64,000 bases of DNA from Acidimicrobiia bacterium (GTDB lineage: Bacteria; Actinomycetota; Acidimicrobiia; Spongiisociales; ZC4RG35): the NCBI GenBank assembly GCA_035620735.1, contig DASPGH010000131.1, positions 18,218 through 82,217 on the forward strand, given 5' to 3'. The translations under genes and the position numbers were made by a program. This document shows positions 1-10,397 of the stretch, piece by piece; the stretch's first letter is position 1, and every line of letters begins with the position of its first letter. A model generated the notes under the pieces. It did no database searches and had not been told where the DNA came from. It saw only the letters and a list, made by a program, of their open reading frames with translations.

Positions 1-290
1 TGGAGTTGGTGGGCGGGCACTCCTACGACGAGCTGGCAGCTCATCTCGAGCAAGGAGATGAGTTCGGTGGCGGATCGAAATGGACGAGCACTGTGATCGA
101 GGTCGAGTTGAGCGACACCGATGGAATCGACGGCATCGCGGACAGCACCCTCCTGGACGAGGGCGAATACGCAGTGATCTGTGTCGACCTGGAGACTGGG
201 GCGGCGCGAGCGGCAAGTCCTTTGCGGGTTGCGGAGTCGGTGTACGGATTTGAGAACGGTCGTGGTGGTGAGAGGGGGCGGCGCCCCTAG
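1..290 (+). CDS. 3' end of a gene truncated by the window start (hypothetical protein; ORF is open to position 1)
   Basis: ORF continues without a stop to the window edge and codon usage is GC3-rich. I recognise no family. Confidence 0.3.
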   Translation, partial: ELVGGHSYDELAAHLEQGDEFGGGSKWTSTVIEVELSDTDGIDGIADSTLLDEGEYAVICVDLETGAARAASPLRVAESVYGFENGRGGERGRRP

Positions 291-398
291 AAAGATCGGG
301 CCAACCCGGCGAGCGGGGGATAAGGCGTTGCGTGTTCACCGGGTTGCGCGTGCACCACGTCTCGGAATCCGCAACACGATGCTATAGCAACGCTGGAA

Positions 399-1610
399 TC
401 AGTCCCCTGCCGCCACCTCGGCCACCTTGGCCTTCTTCTCCTCTGACCGGTTGGCGTCGCCGCGGATCTCGATGAGTTGACGCCGCTCGGCGGCGGCGAT
501 CTCCTCGGCGTTGGCCTCGGCGTGCGCCAGACGCGCCTCGAGACCCTCGGCGACCAGCTTCTCCGCCTCGTCGAGCAGTGCTTCGACCATCTCCGCCTCA
601 GGTACCACCCGCACCACCTGGCCCTTGATGAAGAGATGGCCTCTTCCCCGCCCGGCTGCGATGCCGATGTCGGCCTCGCGGGCCTCTCCTGGCCCGTTCA
701 CCACACATCCCATCACCGCAACCTGGATGGGAAGATTGGCCTCCTCCAGAGCTTGCTGCGCCCTTGTCGCCACATCGATCACGTCGACTTCGGCCCGACC
801 GCATGAGGGGCATGCGATCAGGTCGAGTCCTTTGCGTTCCCGCAATCCCAAGAACTCGAGGAGCTGACGACCTGCCTTCGCCTCCTCCACCGGATCGGCG
901 GTGAGTGAGAACCTGATGGTGTCGCCGATCCCCTCGTTGAGGAGGGTCCCGATGCCGGCGACCGACTTGATGATGCCGGCCGGAGGGGGGCCGGCCTCGG
1001 TGACGCCTAGATGAAGGGGGTAGTCGACGGTGTCGGCGAGGAGACGGTACGACTCGACCATGAGACGCACATTGGAGTGCTTCACCGAGATCTTGATCTC
1101 CGTGAAATCGACTTCCTCCAGGTATCGAGCCTCGATGAGCGCCGACTCGACCAGAGCCTCTGGGACCGCCGACCCGTATTTCTCCAACAATTCCTTGTCG
1201 AGAGACCCGGCATTGACGCCTATACGGATGGGGAGACCCCGGTCACGGGCCTCTCGGGCCACGGTCTTGATCTGATCTTCTTTACGGATGTTCCCGGGAT
1301 TGAGACGCAGTCCCTGTACCCCGGCTTCCATGGCGGCGAGGGCCAACCGGTACTGGTAGTGGATGTCGGCGATGATCGGCACCGGCGAGCGGGGGACGAT
1401 CTCGGCGAGGCCCTGAGCGGCTTCGACCTCGTTGCAGGTGATGCGGACGATGTCGGCGCCGGCGCCGGCGAGGGCATAGACCTGAGCGAGTGTCCCGTCC
1501 ACGTCGTAGGTCTTCGTCGTGGTCATCGACTGCACGCTGACCGGGGCGCCTCCACCGACCGGCACGCTGCCGACGTTCAATTGACGCGTTTCTCTCCTCG
1601 AGAAGCTCAC
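399..1610 (-). CDS. ispG: 4-hydroxy-3-methylbut-2-en-1-yl diphosphate synthase (IspG/GcpE)
   Basis: 403-aa ORF with the GcpE TIM-barrel plus 4Fe-4S domain, including the hallmark motifs (RITCNEVEAAQ, ACPSCGR, MGCVVNGPGE). Confidence 0.95.
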   Translation of the reverse strand: MSFSRRETRQLNVGSVPVGGGAPVSVQSMTTTKTYDVDGTLAQVYALAGAGADIVRITCNEVEAAQGLAEIVPRSPVPIIADIHYQYRLALAAMEAGVQGLRLNPGNIRKEDQIKTVAREARDRGLPIRIGVNAGSLDKELLEKYGSAVPEALVESALIEARYLEEVDFTEIKISVKHSNVRLMVESYRLLADTVDYPLHLGVTEAGPPPAGIIKSVAGIGTLLNEGIGDTIRFSLTADPVEEAKAGRQLLEFLGLRERKGLDLIACPSCGRAEVDVIDVATRAQQALEEANLPIQVAVMGCVVNGPGEAREADIGIAAGRGRGHLFIKGQVVRVVPEAEMVEALLDEAEKLVAEGLEARLAHAEANAEEIAAAERRQLIEIRGDANRSEEKKAKVAEVAAGD

Positions 1611-1671
1611 GATGGGAGGCTAGGGGAGTTTTCGGAGAAAACTCCAACCTTGCGTGCGCAGCGAGGAAGCC

Positions 1672-2754
1672 CTATCCGAGGCTGATCGGATTGACGATGT
1701 CGAGGATGATCGCCACGAACCCGAGGAAGAAGAGGGCGCCGATGACCGCTGCCGCCACCGGCATGAGCTTGCGCATGTTGGCGGCACGCCCGCTGATCTT
1801 CTCGTACAGAGCGACGGCGAAGTGCCCACCGTCCAGGGGGAACAGGGGGAGGAGGTTGATGGTGGCCAGGATCACGTTGACATAGGCGAGGATGGCCACG
1901 AAACCGGCTGCATCGGTGGCCTGGCTCCCGATGGAGACGATGCCGATCGGGCTCACCGGGCGGATCTCGTCGGGGACATCGGTGTCGCCACCGAGAACTC
2001 CTAGATACGAGGCAAGGCTGGATGGGCGGAACATCTGATAGAGGGAGGAGAAGGTGTCACCGATGCCCTGCCAGATCGCCTGACCGGCCATGCCCACCGC
2101 CTCGAAAACTCCGACGTTGTTGTGCTGGAGTTGTGGAGTGACTCCCAGAAAACCGACACCGGCGATGTTCTCGTTCTCGGCGAGATCCACATTCAGAGTG
2201 ATCTCCTCAGAGCCTCTCTGGACCACGATCGTGGTCGGTCCCGGTCCAACATCGGCGAGGGCCGCGGTTGCCTCCTCCCAACTCCCGACCTGGTGATCCC
2301 CGATGGCCGTTATCCGGTCGCCCTCCTCGAGACCGGCGGCGGCCGCAGGCGAATCGTCGACGACGGTGCTCACGCTGGGGATGGGCTCGTTGGTCCCGTT
2401 GAAGTAGAACACACCCCAGAACATGAGAAACGCGATCAGGAAGTTGGTGCCGACGCCGGCGAGCACAACGACCGACTTCTCCCAGAATTTCTTCTCCCGA
2501 TAGGTGCGTCCCAGGTCCTCGGGGGGAACCTCTTCGAGAGGGTTCATCCCGATGATTCGGACATAGCCACCGAGCGGCAGGGCCTTGACTCCGTACTCGG
2601 TCTCTCCCCTTTTCGTGGACCAGATGCGGGGACCGAAACCGAAGAAGAACTCCGTCGCTTTCATGCCCGTTGCCTTGGCCGCGATGAAGTGTCCGGCCTC
2701 ATGGGCGGTCACGAAGAAGATGATGGCGACGGCGGCGGCGATGCCCCCAAACAT
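1672..2754 (-). CDS. rseP: Site-2 zinc metalloprotease (M50; RseP/Rip1-like) with a PDZ domain
   Basis: N-terminal TM helix with an HEAGH zinc motif, a central PDZ-like segment and a C-terminal LLPLFPLDGGH motif. It sits in the conserved dxr-rseP-ispG order. Confidence 0.85.
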   Translation of the reverse strand: MFGGIAAAVAIIFFVTAHEAGHFIAAKATGMKATEFFFGFGPRIWSTKRGETEYGVKALPLGGYVRIIGMNPLEEVPPEDLGRTYREKKFWEKSVVVLAGVGTNFLIAFLMFWGVFYFNGTNEPIPSVSTVVDDSPAAAAGLEEGDRITAIGDHQVGSWEEATAALADVGPGPTTIVVQRGSEEITLNVDLAENENIAGVGFLGVTPQLQHNNVGVFEAVGMAGQAIWQGIGDTFSSLYQMFRPSSLASYLGVLGGDTDVPDEIRPVSPIGIVSIGSQATDAAGFVAILAYVNVILATINLLPLFPLDGGHFAVALYEKISGRAANMRKLMPVAAAVIGALFFLGFVAIILDIVNPISLG

Positions 2755-2785
2755 GAGCCGAAGGGTACAGCCGGTCAGGTCCTTA

Positions 2786-3931
2786 TCAGCAGACGGACGC
2801 GATCAGCGATGCGGCTACTTCACGTGCCTCGCGGTCTGCCGCGACCACGTCGTCGACCGACTCGGGCTGTCGCCACTCCACGGACTCGATGGTGCGGGAC
2901 ACCATCTCAGGTATTCCCAGAAACCCAAGTCTCCCCTGGAGAAAAGCCTCGACGGCGATCTCGTCGGCGGCGTTCATCACAGCGGGAGCCGAGCCCCCGA
3001 CTCTGCCGGCTTCGTATGCGATGTCGAGTGCCGGGAAGTTCTGTCGATCCGGCTCTTCGAAGGTCAGGTTGCGACCCACGAGGGAGAACCGCTCGGTCGG
3101 TGTTGGCATTCGCTCCGGCGCGGTGAGGGCGTACTGGATGGGGATCCTCATGTCGGGGTATCCGATGTGTCCCTTCCAGGAGCCGTCGACGAACTCGACG
3201 GCCGAGTGCACGATCGATTGGGGATGGACCACGACCTCGATCCGGTCGTAGTCGACGTCGAAGAAATGGTGGGCCTCTATCACCTCGAGCCCCTTGTTGA
3301 ACAGGGTGGCGGAGTCGATCGTTATTCGTCGGCCCATGTCCCAGGTGGGGTGTTGCAACGCCTCTTCAGGGGTCACCCCGGCCAGACGGTCCCGTGTGAG
3401 CCCGCGGAATGGCCCTCCCGAGGCGGTGAGGATGAGCCGGGCAACCCCTGCCCGCGACTCACCTTCCAGACATTGCAGGAGTGCCGAGTGCTCACTGTCG
3501 ACCGGAATCAGGGAGCCGCCGCCGGAGTGAAGCGCTCGCTTCACCACCTCTCCGCCCGCGACGAGACTCTCCTTGTTGGCGAGACCGACCCGATTCCCGG
3601 CTTCCAGCGCAGTCACGGTAGCCCGGAGACCCGCCGCGCCGACTATGCCGTTCATCACGGTGCGACCGGGCTCCGCAGCCAGAGAGAGGACGGCGTCGGC
3701 ACCGAACTCGACCTCATTGCTCACCGACGTCCTCAGCCGATCACGCTCCTCGCCGGCGCCACCGGCCACGGCCAGCAGGGCATCGGGATAGCGTCTGGCG
3801 AGCCCGGCGAACTCCGGGGAAGGGCGCCGCGCAGCGAGGGCGGCGACTTCGAGCCCGAGATTGTCGGCGACCTCTAGCGTTTGAGTGCCGATGGAGCCGG
3901 TCGCCCCGAGGACGACCAGAGGGGCGATCAC
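2786..3931 (-). CDS. dxr: 1-deoxy-D-xylulose 5-phosphate reductoisomerase (Dxr)
   Basis: Dxr motifs are present (LGATGSIG, NKESLV, DSEHSA). The track ORF runs on to 4150, but the conserved N-terminus begins at a GTG at 3931 that overlaps the cdsA stop as GTGA. Confidence 0.9.
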   Translation of the reverse strand: MIAPLVVLGATGSIGTQTLEVADNLGLEVAALAARRPSPEFAGLARRYPDALLAVAGGAGEERDRLRTSVSNEVEFGADAVLSLAAEPGRTVMNGIVGAAGLRATVTALEAGNRVGLANKESLVAGGEVVKRALHSGGGSLIPVDSEHSALLQCLEGESRAGVARLILTASGGPFRGLTRDRLAGVTPEEALQHPTWDMGRRITIDSATLFNKGLEVIEAHHFFDVDYDRIEVVVHPQSIVHSAVEFVDGSWKGHIGYPDMRIPIQYALTAPERMPTPTERFSLVGRNLTFEEPDRQNFPALDIAYEAGRVGGSAPAVMNAADEIAVEAFLQGRLGFLGIPEMVSRTIESVEWRQPESVDDVVAADREAREVAASLIASVC

Positions 3932-5142
3932 AGCAAACCGAAGCCCCGGAAGAGGATGTAGACGGCGGGAACGGCGAAGAGAAATCCGTCGATGCGGTCG
4001 AGCATCCCGCCGTGCCCGGGGAGGACCGAGCCCATGTCCTTGACTCCGAGGTTTCGCTTGACCATCGATTCGGCGAGATCGCCCACCGGAGCCAGGATCC
4101 CGATCAAGACCGCCGTCACCAGAGCCCTGGGGATGCCGATCTCCTCCCATGGCGGGAACACGGCGAGGATCGCAGCCACGACCGAACTCAGGACGAGGCC
4201 ACCGATGAAACCCTCGACGGTCTTGTTGGGAGATACGTTGCGAGCGAGGGGCCGACGCCCGAACGACCGGCCCACGAAGTAGCCGCCGACGTCATTTGCG
4301 GCGATCACCAGGACCAGGAAGATGATGTGGGCCACGGGATGTGGACCATCGGCGATGAGGATTGCGAAGGCGAGCATCCCGACCCATGCCATACCCAGAG
4401 CCGTTATCGCCGTGTTGGCCAGTGCGTGAGTACGCGGGGCAAGAGAGAAGAAGAGGATCGTGGCCGCGGTGGCGGCGGCCGCCCAGCCTCCGATCGCCAT
4501 GGGCCCGACGGTCTGGGCCCCCACCCCCATGAGGGTGACACCCAACAAGCCGAACAGTGCGAGAGGCTTGTAGCCGCGAATGCGCACCGTGGCGTAGAAC
4601 TCTCCAACCGACACCACCATGAGAAGGATCACGAAGATCGTGAACCACCAGCCACCGAGCACGAGACTGCCCAGGAACAAGCCGAAGATCACGAGAGCAG
4701 AGCCGATTCTCATGGCGAGATCCGAGCTGGCGGCCTGCTCGACCGCCTCGTAGGACTCCTCGGACTCGAACTCGGTGCCGGAGACGTCCCCAAAGCCGAC
4801 CAGACCGGACTCGACGCCGGGAAGACTGGCGGCTACCGCCTGCTGCTCCCACTCCTCCGCAGAGGCTCGCTCGATCTCCTCGGCGAGCCCTCGATACTCC
4901 TGAGTGGTGCCTTTCAGATACTCCTCAGGCGTGAAGTCGTCGAGATCATTGCCACCGGCCATCGCCTCCCAGTCCGGCCCTCCGTCGTCGACGGCGACGC
5001 CATCCTCTGGGATCTTGGGATCGGTGCGAGATTTGGGCCGTTCTGTCCTTGAGCCATCGTTGTCGTCGTCGGAGTCGAAGGGGAGCTCGTCAGAGACCGT
5101 GTCGGTCTTCTCGTCACCCTCGGTGTGCTCCCGATCTGACAT
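3928..5142 (-). CDS. cdsA: Phosphatidate cytidylyltransferase (CdsA) with a long acidic N-terminal extension
   Basis: Multi-TM C-terminal half with the CTP-transferase signature (NKTVEGFIGG ... DLAESMVKRNLGVKDMG). It overlaps the frr stop as TGATG. Confidence 0.85.
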   Translation of the reverse strand: MSDREHTEGDEKTDTVSDELPFDSDDDNDGSRTERPKSRTDPKIPEDGVAVDDGGPDWEAMAGGNDLDDFTPEEYLKGTTQEYRGLAEEIERASAEEWEQQAVAASLPGVESGLVGFGDVSGTEFESEESYEAVEQAASSDLAMRIGSALVIFGLFLGSLVLGGWWFTIFVILLMVVSVGEFYATVRIRGYKPLALFGLLGVTLMGVGAQTVGPMAIGGWAAAATAATILFFSLAPRTHALANTAITALGMAWVGMLAFAILIADGPHPVAHIIFLVLVIAANDVGGYFVGRSFGRRPLARNVSPNKTVEGFIGGLVLSSVVAAILAVFPPWEEIGIPRALVTAVLIGILAPVGDLAESMVKRNLGVKDMGSVLPGHGGMLDRIDGFLFAVPAVYILFRGFGLL

Positions 5143-5693
5143 CAGACCTCTAAGAGCTCGTCTTCTTTGTTGCCGAGGATCTCATCGATCCGCTCGGTGA
5201 AACGATCTGTCAGTTTCTGTAACTCGTCCTCACCTCGACGGATGTCGTCGTCGGAGATCTCCCCGTGGAGAGCTTCCATGTCGGTCTTGCTGGCCCGGCG
5301 CACGTTGCGGACCGAGACCTTTCCCTCCTCGGCCATGTGTCGAACCAGCTTGATCAGCTCCTTGCGCCGCTCCTCGGTCAGCGGCGGGAAGGCGATGCGG
5401 ATCACATTTCCATCGTTTGTCGGGTTCAGCCCGAGGTCGGCGCTCTGGATCGCCTTTTCGATGTCGTTGACCGTCCCCTTGTCGAATGGCTGGACCACGA
5501 GGAGACGAGGCTCGGGCACCGCTATCGATGCGAGTTGCTGCAGAGGCGTGGGAGATCCGTAGTACTCGACGTGGATGCGATGGAGCAGTTGCGGATTGGC
5601 CCGTCCCGTGCGGACCGTGGAAAACTCAGACGCCACGTGATCAACGGCGGCCTGCATCTTCTGGGTGGATTCTGTCAAGAGATCGTTGATCAT
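5142..5693 (-). CDS. frr: Ribosome recycling factor
   Basis: 183-aa protein with full-length similarity to Frr (VRTGRANP ... NVRRASKTDME). Confidence 0.95.
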   Translation of the reverse strand: MINDLLTESTQKMQAAVDHVASEFSTVRTGRANPQLLHRIHVEYYGSPTPLQQLASIAVPEPRLLVVQPFDKGTVNDIEKAIQSADLGLNPTNDGNVIRIAFPPLTEERRKELIKLVRHMAEEGKVSVRNVRRASKTDMEALHGEISDDDIRRGEDELQKLTDRFTERIDEILGNKEDELLEV

Positions 5694-5717
5694 TCGTCGG
5701 CGCTCCCAGACTCTTCC

Positions 5718-6434
5718 TCAGTGGACGATCGTCCCGATCTGATCGCCGTTGACTGCCTTGACGATGTTGCCGGGGACGGACATGTCGAAGACATGAATCG
5801 GAACCTTGTGCTCCTTGCACATCGTAACTGCGGTGGTGTCCATGACCTGGAGCTCTCCGGAGATGAATTCCATGTAAGTGAGCTCGGTGAGCTTCGAGGC
5901 GTGGTCGTTGGTCTTGGGGTCGGAGTCGTAGATGCCGTCGACCTTGGAAGCCTTCAACAGGACCTCGGCGCCGATCTCGATGGCGCGAAGGGCTGCGGTG
6001 GTGTCGGTGGTGAAAAACGGGTTTCCGGTGCCTGCGGCGAAGATCACGACACGACCCTTCTCCAGGTGTCGCATGGCACGCAGCCTGATGTACGGCTCGG
6101 CGAGCTCCTGCATGGTTATCGCGCTCTGGACCCGTGTCGGCACACCGGCGTTCTCCAGGGCGTCGCGAAGAGCCAGGGCATTTATGACCGTGGCCAGCAT
6201 CCCCATGTAGTCGGCGTTGGCCGGATCCATGCCCCGTGCTGCCTGGGAGACACCGCGAAAGATGTTGCCTCCGCCGACGACGACCGCCACTTCGACACCG
6301 TTCTTCTGCGCCTCGGCGATCTCGGCTGCGACCCGGTGCACCATGTCCGGATCGATCCCGTATCCGACCTCGGGGTCGGCAAACGCCTCTCCCGAGAGCT
6401 TCAGGAGGACCCGTCTGTTGGCTGGCTGCGTCAA
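5718..6434 (-). CDS. pyrH: UMP kinase
   Basis: Amino-acid kinase fold with the PyrH motifs ([33 protein letters not shown]). Confidence 0.95.
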   Translation of the reverse strand: MTQPANRRVLLKLSGEAFADPEVGYGIDPDMVHRVAAEIAEAQKNGVEVAVVVGGGNIFRGVSQAARGMDPANADYMGMLATVINALALRDALENAGVPTRVQSAITMQELAEPYIRLRAMRHLEKGRVVIFAAGTGNPFFTTDTTAALRAIEIGAEVLLKASKVDGIYDSDPKTNDHASKLTELTYMEFISGELQVMDTTAVTMCKEHKVPIHVFDMSVPGNIVKAVNGDQIGTIVH

Positions 6435-6442
6435 GCTGGCTC

Positions 6443-7054
6443 CTATCCGCCCACGGCGACTCGCGCCACGCGGCGCACCGAGATGTTCTCACCCATCTTG
6501 GCGCCGAGTGCGCCGACCATATCGCCCACGGTGCCGTCGTAGCGCTCCGGGTTGACGAATTTCTGGTCGTAGAGCACGTTCTCGCCGTACCACGACTCGA
6601 TCTTGCCATCGACGATTCGCTCGACGACATCGTCCGGTTTGCCCTCGGCTCTCGCCTGTCGGCCTATCAGCTCTCGCTCTTTGGCCACCACATCCTCGTC
6701 GACCTGGTCACGGGTGACCCATCCCGGGCTGGCCCAGCTGACATGCATTGCGATGTCGTCGGCGGTCTGTCGGAATTCGTCGCTCTTGGCGACGAAATCG
6801 GTCTCACAGGACAACTCCACGAGCACCCCGAGAACGGGCCGCTCGTTCTGGATGTGGATGTAGCTGCCGATGGTGCCCTCCGATGCCTCACGGTCGGCAC
6901 GCTTGGCCATCTTGGCCTGTCCACGCTCACGCAGGAGCTCGAAGGCCTTGTCGAAGTCGCCGTCGGCGTCGGTCAGGGCCTGCTTGGCGTCCATCATGCC
7001 GACCCCGGCCTGCTGGCGGAGTCTCTGGACGTCCCTGGCGGTGATTTCACTCAT
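6443..7054 (-). CDS. tsf: Elongation factor Ts (short form)
   Basis: N-terminal UBA-like segment ([34 protein letters not shown]) and the EF-Ts core. It lies in the rpsB-tsf-pyrH-frr order. Confidence 0.9.
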   Translation of the reverse strand: MSEITARDVQRLRQQAGVGMMDAKQALTDADGDFDKAFELLRERGQAKMAKRADREASEGTIGSYIHIQNERPVLGVLVELSCETDFVAKSDEFRQTADDIAMHVSWASPGWVTRDQVDEDVVAKERELIGRQARAEGKPDDVVERIVDGKIESWYGENVLYDQKFVNPERYDGTVGDMVGALGAKMGENISVRRVARVAVGG

Positions 7055-7073
7055 CGTTCTCTGCAGACCTCGT

Positions 7074-7820
7074 TCACGACTCGACGCCGGCCTCGGCCTT
7101 GGCCTTCTCGTCGTTGTTCGCCGGCTTCTTCTTGGATGCGATCTCCTTGCCTTCGACTATGGCGTCCGCCAGGGCACTGGCGATCAGGTCGGCGGCGCGG
7201 ATGGCGTCGTCGTTCCCCGGTATCACATGGTCGATGGGATCCGGGTCGGAGTTGGTGTCGACGAGGGCGATGATCGGGATTCCGAGACGATCGGCCTCTT
7301 TGACCGCGGTCTCCTCGGTGTTGACGTCGACGATGAAGACCGCGTCCGGGAGACGTGCCATCTCAGAAACCCCTCCCAGGTTCTGCTCGAGCTTCTCCAG
7401 CTCGCGCCGCAGCTTGAGACGCTCCTTCTTGGGACGGGCGTTCATCTCTTCTGTGTCCTCGAGACGACGCAGCTCTTTCATGTAGTACACGCGCTTTTGG
7501 ATCGTCGCGAAGTTGGTGAGCATGCCACCCAACCATCGGTAATTGACGAAGGGCATGCCCGATCGCCGGGCGGCGTTTTCGACCGCCGACTGGGCCTGCT
7601 TCTTGGTGCCGATGAAGAGCACCGAGCCTCCGTCTATGGCGATCTGCTTGACGAACTCGATCGCATCTGCCACCTGAGTGACCGTCTGACGCAGGTCGAC
7701 GATGTGTATTCCGTTGCGTTCTCCGTAGATATACGGACGCATCTTGGGGTCCCAGCGTCTGGTCTGATGACCGAAATGGACACCGGCTTCCAAGAGCTGT
7801 TTCATTGTGACTTCAGCCAC
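7074..7820 (-). CDS. rpsB: 30S ribosomal protein S2
   Basis: The canonical S2 N-terminus ([19 protein letters not shown]) begins at an in-frame GTG at 7820. The track ORF extends to 7892. Confidence 0.95.
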   Translation of the reverse strand: MAEVTMKQLLEAGVHFGHQTRRWDPKMRPYIYGERNGIHIVDLRQTVTQVADAIEFVKQIAIDGGSVLFIGTKKQAQSAVENAARRSGMPFVNYRWLGGMLTNFATIQKRVYYMKELRRLEDTEEMNARPKKERLKLRRELEKLEQNLGGVSEMARLPDAVFIVDVNTEETAVKEADRLGIPIIALVDTNSDPDPIDHVIPGNDDAIRAADLIASALADAIVEGKEIASKKKPANNDEKAKAEAGVES

Positions 7821-8010
7821 AATTGCTCCTTTCTGGTTGTTTCCTCCGCCCGGCGGGCCTGATCGATCGGCTCGATCCGAGGGCCCCCGCATCCGGGATG
7901 CAGCCCCTCCTCAACCGACTCTCGACGAGAGACGGCACCAGAGAGGGAGTTCTCGGGCGTGCGTGATAGACGTGATTCTATGGGTGGCGGGCGAAATTCA
8001 GTAATCCGGC

Positions 8011-9138
8011 TTGGGCCGAGGCTGGCACACTCTGAGGGTGGTGACAGTGGACGACCGGATCATCCGGGAAACGGCCCTCGCAGCCGGAGCCGACACCGTC
8101 GGCTTCACCTCTGCCGACCCCTTCCCGGAAGCACTCGTCACTTTGCGACGTCGCAAAGACAAGGGCATGGCCGGACCCCTTCACTTCACCTACGAAGAGC
8201 CGGAGGCATCGACCGACATCCGGCGGACTTTCCCATGGGCTCGCAGCCTCGTCGTGTTGGGCGCCAGCTACATCGACCACGCCCCACCGCCGGCCGAGTT
8301 CGGGCCCGTGATCGGCCTGTTCGCCACCCGCGACCACTATCGACGGGTTCGCGAGGCAGCCGCCGCCGTGATAAGCCTGATCGAGGCGGCGGGGGCACGC
8401 GCCGACATGGTGGTTGACGACGACAGGTTCGTCGACCGGGCTGCGGCCGTTCGGGCGGGTGTGGGCTGGATCGGAAGATCGACGATGGTGCTCACGCCGG
8501 GTCACGGGCCGTGGCAGCTGTTCGGCTCGGTCGCCACAGATCTCGACCTCGCCGAGACCAAGCCCATGGGACGCACCTGTGGAAGCTGTGTCGCCTGTAT
8601 CCCGGCCTGTCCCACCGGCGCGATCACGGAGGACGGTGTCGACGCCAGGCTGTGCATCTCGACCTGGCTGCAGTCTTCGGGGCCGATACCGCACTGGGTC
8701 AGGCCACTGGTAGAACGTCGAATCTACGGCTGCGACGACTGTCTCACTTCCTGCCCCCCGGGCTCACCGGCAATGGTGGCGTCTCCCGCCAGGACCGAGG
8801 AGCATTCGTTCGCCGAGCTCCTGGGGCTCTCTGACGACGAGTTGATCGAACGCTTCGATTGGTTCTACATCCCTCATCGGGAAGCCAGATTCTTGAGACG
8901 GAACCTCCTGGTCGCCGCAGGGAACTCCGGAGAGGAGGAGGCCGTGGAAGCGATCCACGATCATTTCGGCCATCGCTCCTCCCTGGTCCGCGGTCATGCC
9001 TACTGGGCACTGGCCCGATCCCTGGGAATGGGCGCGTGGATCGCCTTGCGTGAGGCCTACGACCGAGAAACGGTTGCAGACGGTCGTGCCGAGCTGGAAA
9101 TGGCGTTGATGATGCTGCGAGTGCCCAATGGCGGCTAA
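8011..9138 (+). CDS. queG: Epoxyqueuosine reductase (QueG), 4Fe-4S protein with a HEAT-like C-terminus
   Basis: Has a ferredoxin-type cluster motif (TCGSCVACIPACPTGAI) and a second Cys cluster (CDDCLTSCPP). The overall length and architecture fit QueG. Confidence 0.75.
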   Translation: MGRGWHTLRVVTVDDRIIRETALAAGADTVGFTSADPFPEALVTLRRRKDKGMAGPLHFTYEEPEASTDIRRTFPWARSLVVLGASYIDHAPPPAEFGPVIGLFATRDHYRRVREAAAAVISLIEAAGARADMVVDDDRFVDRAAAVRAGVGWIGRSTMVLTPGHGPWQLFGSVATDLDLAETKPMGRTCGSCVACIPACPTGAITEDGVDARLCISTWLQSSGPIPHWVRPLVERRIYGCDDCLTSCPPGSPAMVASPARTEEHSFAELLGLSDDELIERFDWFYIPHREARFLRRNLLVAAGNSGEEEAVEAIHDHFGHRSSLVRGHAYWALARSLGMGAWIALREAYDRETVADGRAELEMALMMLRVPNGG

Positions 9139-9613
9139 ACGAGCCCCGTCGACCAATGCCATCCGGGTCTTGAGGGAGGCCGGGGTCGACTACACGGAGC
9201 ATGTCTTCGATTACAGGCGGTACCCGGGGGCGGACGGCGCAGCCGAGTTTCTGCGGATCGACCCGCATCTGACCGCCAAAACCATCGTCTTCACCACCGA
9301 CATGGGCGGGGGTGTGATCGGTGTGATGCACGGTGACCTGGAGGTTTCGGTGAAAAAGCTGGCCCGTGAGCTGCAGGTGAAGTCGGTGCGACCGGCCACG
9401 CAACGTGAGGCCGACAGATTCACCGGCTATCACTTTGGCGGCACGTCGCCGTTGGGGATGCGGACCGAGCTCCCCATCTTCGCCCAGACCACCCTGACCC
9501 AATTGGACACCGTCTATGTGAACGCAGGGAGCCGTGGCTTTCTGATCGGCATCGATCCCGCCACTCTCATCGATCTGACAGGAGCGGTCGTGGCGGATAT
9601 CGCCGTCGACTGA
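9128..9613 (+). CDS. ybaK: Cys-tRNA(Pro)/Cys-tRNA(Cys) deacylase (YbaK/EbsC family)
   Basis: 161 aa with YbaK-family motifs (IVFTTDMGGGVIGVMHGD, TGYHFGGTSPLGM). Confidence 0.8.
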   Translation: MAAKRAPSTNAIRVLREAGVDYTEHVFDYRRYPGADGAAEFLRIDPHLTAKTIVFTTDMGGGVIGVMHGDLEVSVKKLARELQVKSVRPATQREADRFTGYHFGGTSPLGMRTELPIFAQTTLTQLDTVYVNAGSRGFLIGIDPATLIDLTGAVVADIAVD

Positions 9614-9617
9614 GCCG

Positions 9618-10397
9618 TCAACCCCAGGCCGGGTCGCCGAGACGGTTGCGCATCGACATCATCGTCTTGGCGTGGATCTGACAGACTCGTGACTCGGTCA
9701 CTCCGAGGACGTCACCGATCTCGGCCAAGGTCATTCCCTCGTAGTAGTACAACGTGATGACGAGCCGCTCTCTGTTGGGGAGCCGATTGATGGCATCGAC
9801 CAGGGAGCGTCGGGTCTCTTCGGCCTGGAATTCTGCCTCAGGCGATACTCCTCGGGGATCGGCGATCATCTCCCCCATCGAGGTCGAGGAGTCGTTGGAT
9901 ACGAACTCATCGAGTGCGGCAATTCCAGAACGTCCGATCTGGGCGAGTGCATCCCGGAAGTCCTCGATGTCCATCTCGAGGTCTGCGGCTATTTCGTCCT
10001 CGGTGGGAGGCCGCTGCAGCTTGTGTTCCAGCTCTGCGATCGAAGTCTCGATGCGTCGGGCCCGGGAGCGAACCGATCGGGGCACCCAGTCGAGGGCGCG
10101 CAACTCATCGAGAATGGCACCCTTGATCCTGTTGATGGCGTAGGTTTCGAACTTGAACCCGCGCTCGAGGTCGAACTTGTCGATGGCGTCTATGAGGCCG
10201 AACAGTCCATAGCTGGCCAGGTCGTTCTGATCCACCGACCGGGGCAAACCGGTGCCGACACGACCGGCGACGTACTTCACCAGTGGTGAGTAGTGGAGGA
10301 TGAGACGCTCCCGTGCGTCTCCGTCGCCCGAGGCCTTGAAACGCTCCCAAAGCCCGTCGACCTGAGATTCCTCAGGCCCTTGGGTGGCTTTGGTCAT
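9618..10397 (-). CDS. whiG: RNA polymerase sigma factor of the sigma-28 (WhiG/FliA) family
   Basis: The region 2 to 4 signature ([35 protein letters not shown]) and a C-terminal HTH ([24 protein letters not shown]) are present. Confidence 0.85.
   Translation of the reverse strand: MTKATQGPEESQVDGLWERFKASGDGDARERLILHYSPLVKYVAGRVGTGLPRSVDQNDLASYGLFGLIDAIDKFDLERGFKFETYAINRIKGAILDELRALDWVPRSVRSRARRIETSIAELEHKLQRPPTEDEIAADLEMDIEDFRDALAQIGRSGIAALDEFVSNDSSTSMGEMIADPRGVSPEAEFQAEETRRSLVDAINRLPNRERLVITLYYYEGMTLAEIGDVLGVTESRVCQIHAKTMMSMRNRLGDPAWG

Noticed and set aside
5265-6630. Long ORFs (425 aa on plus, 329 aa on minus) overlapping frr, pyrH and tsf in other frames
   Set aside because: They are antisense to, or out of frame with, unmistakable housekeeping genes. 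Their proteins are Arg/Pro/Gly-rich low-complexity sequence, which is typical of spurious ORFs in GC-rich DNA.
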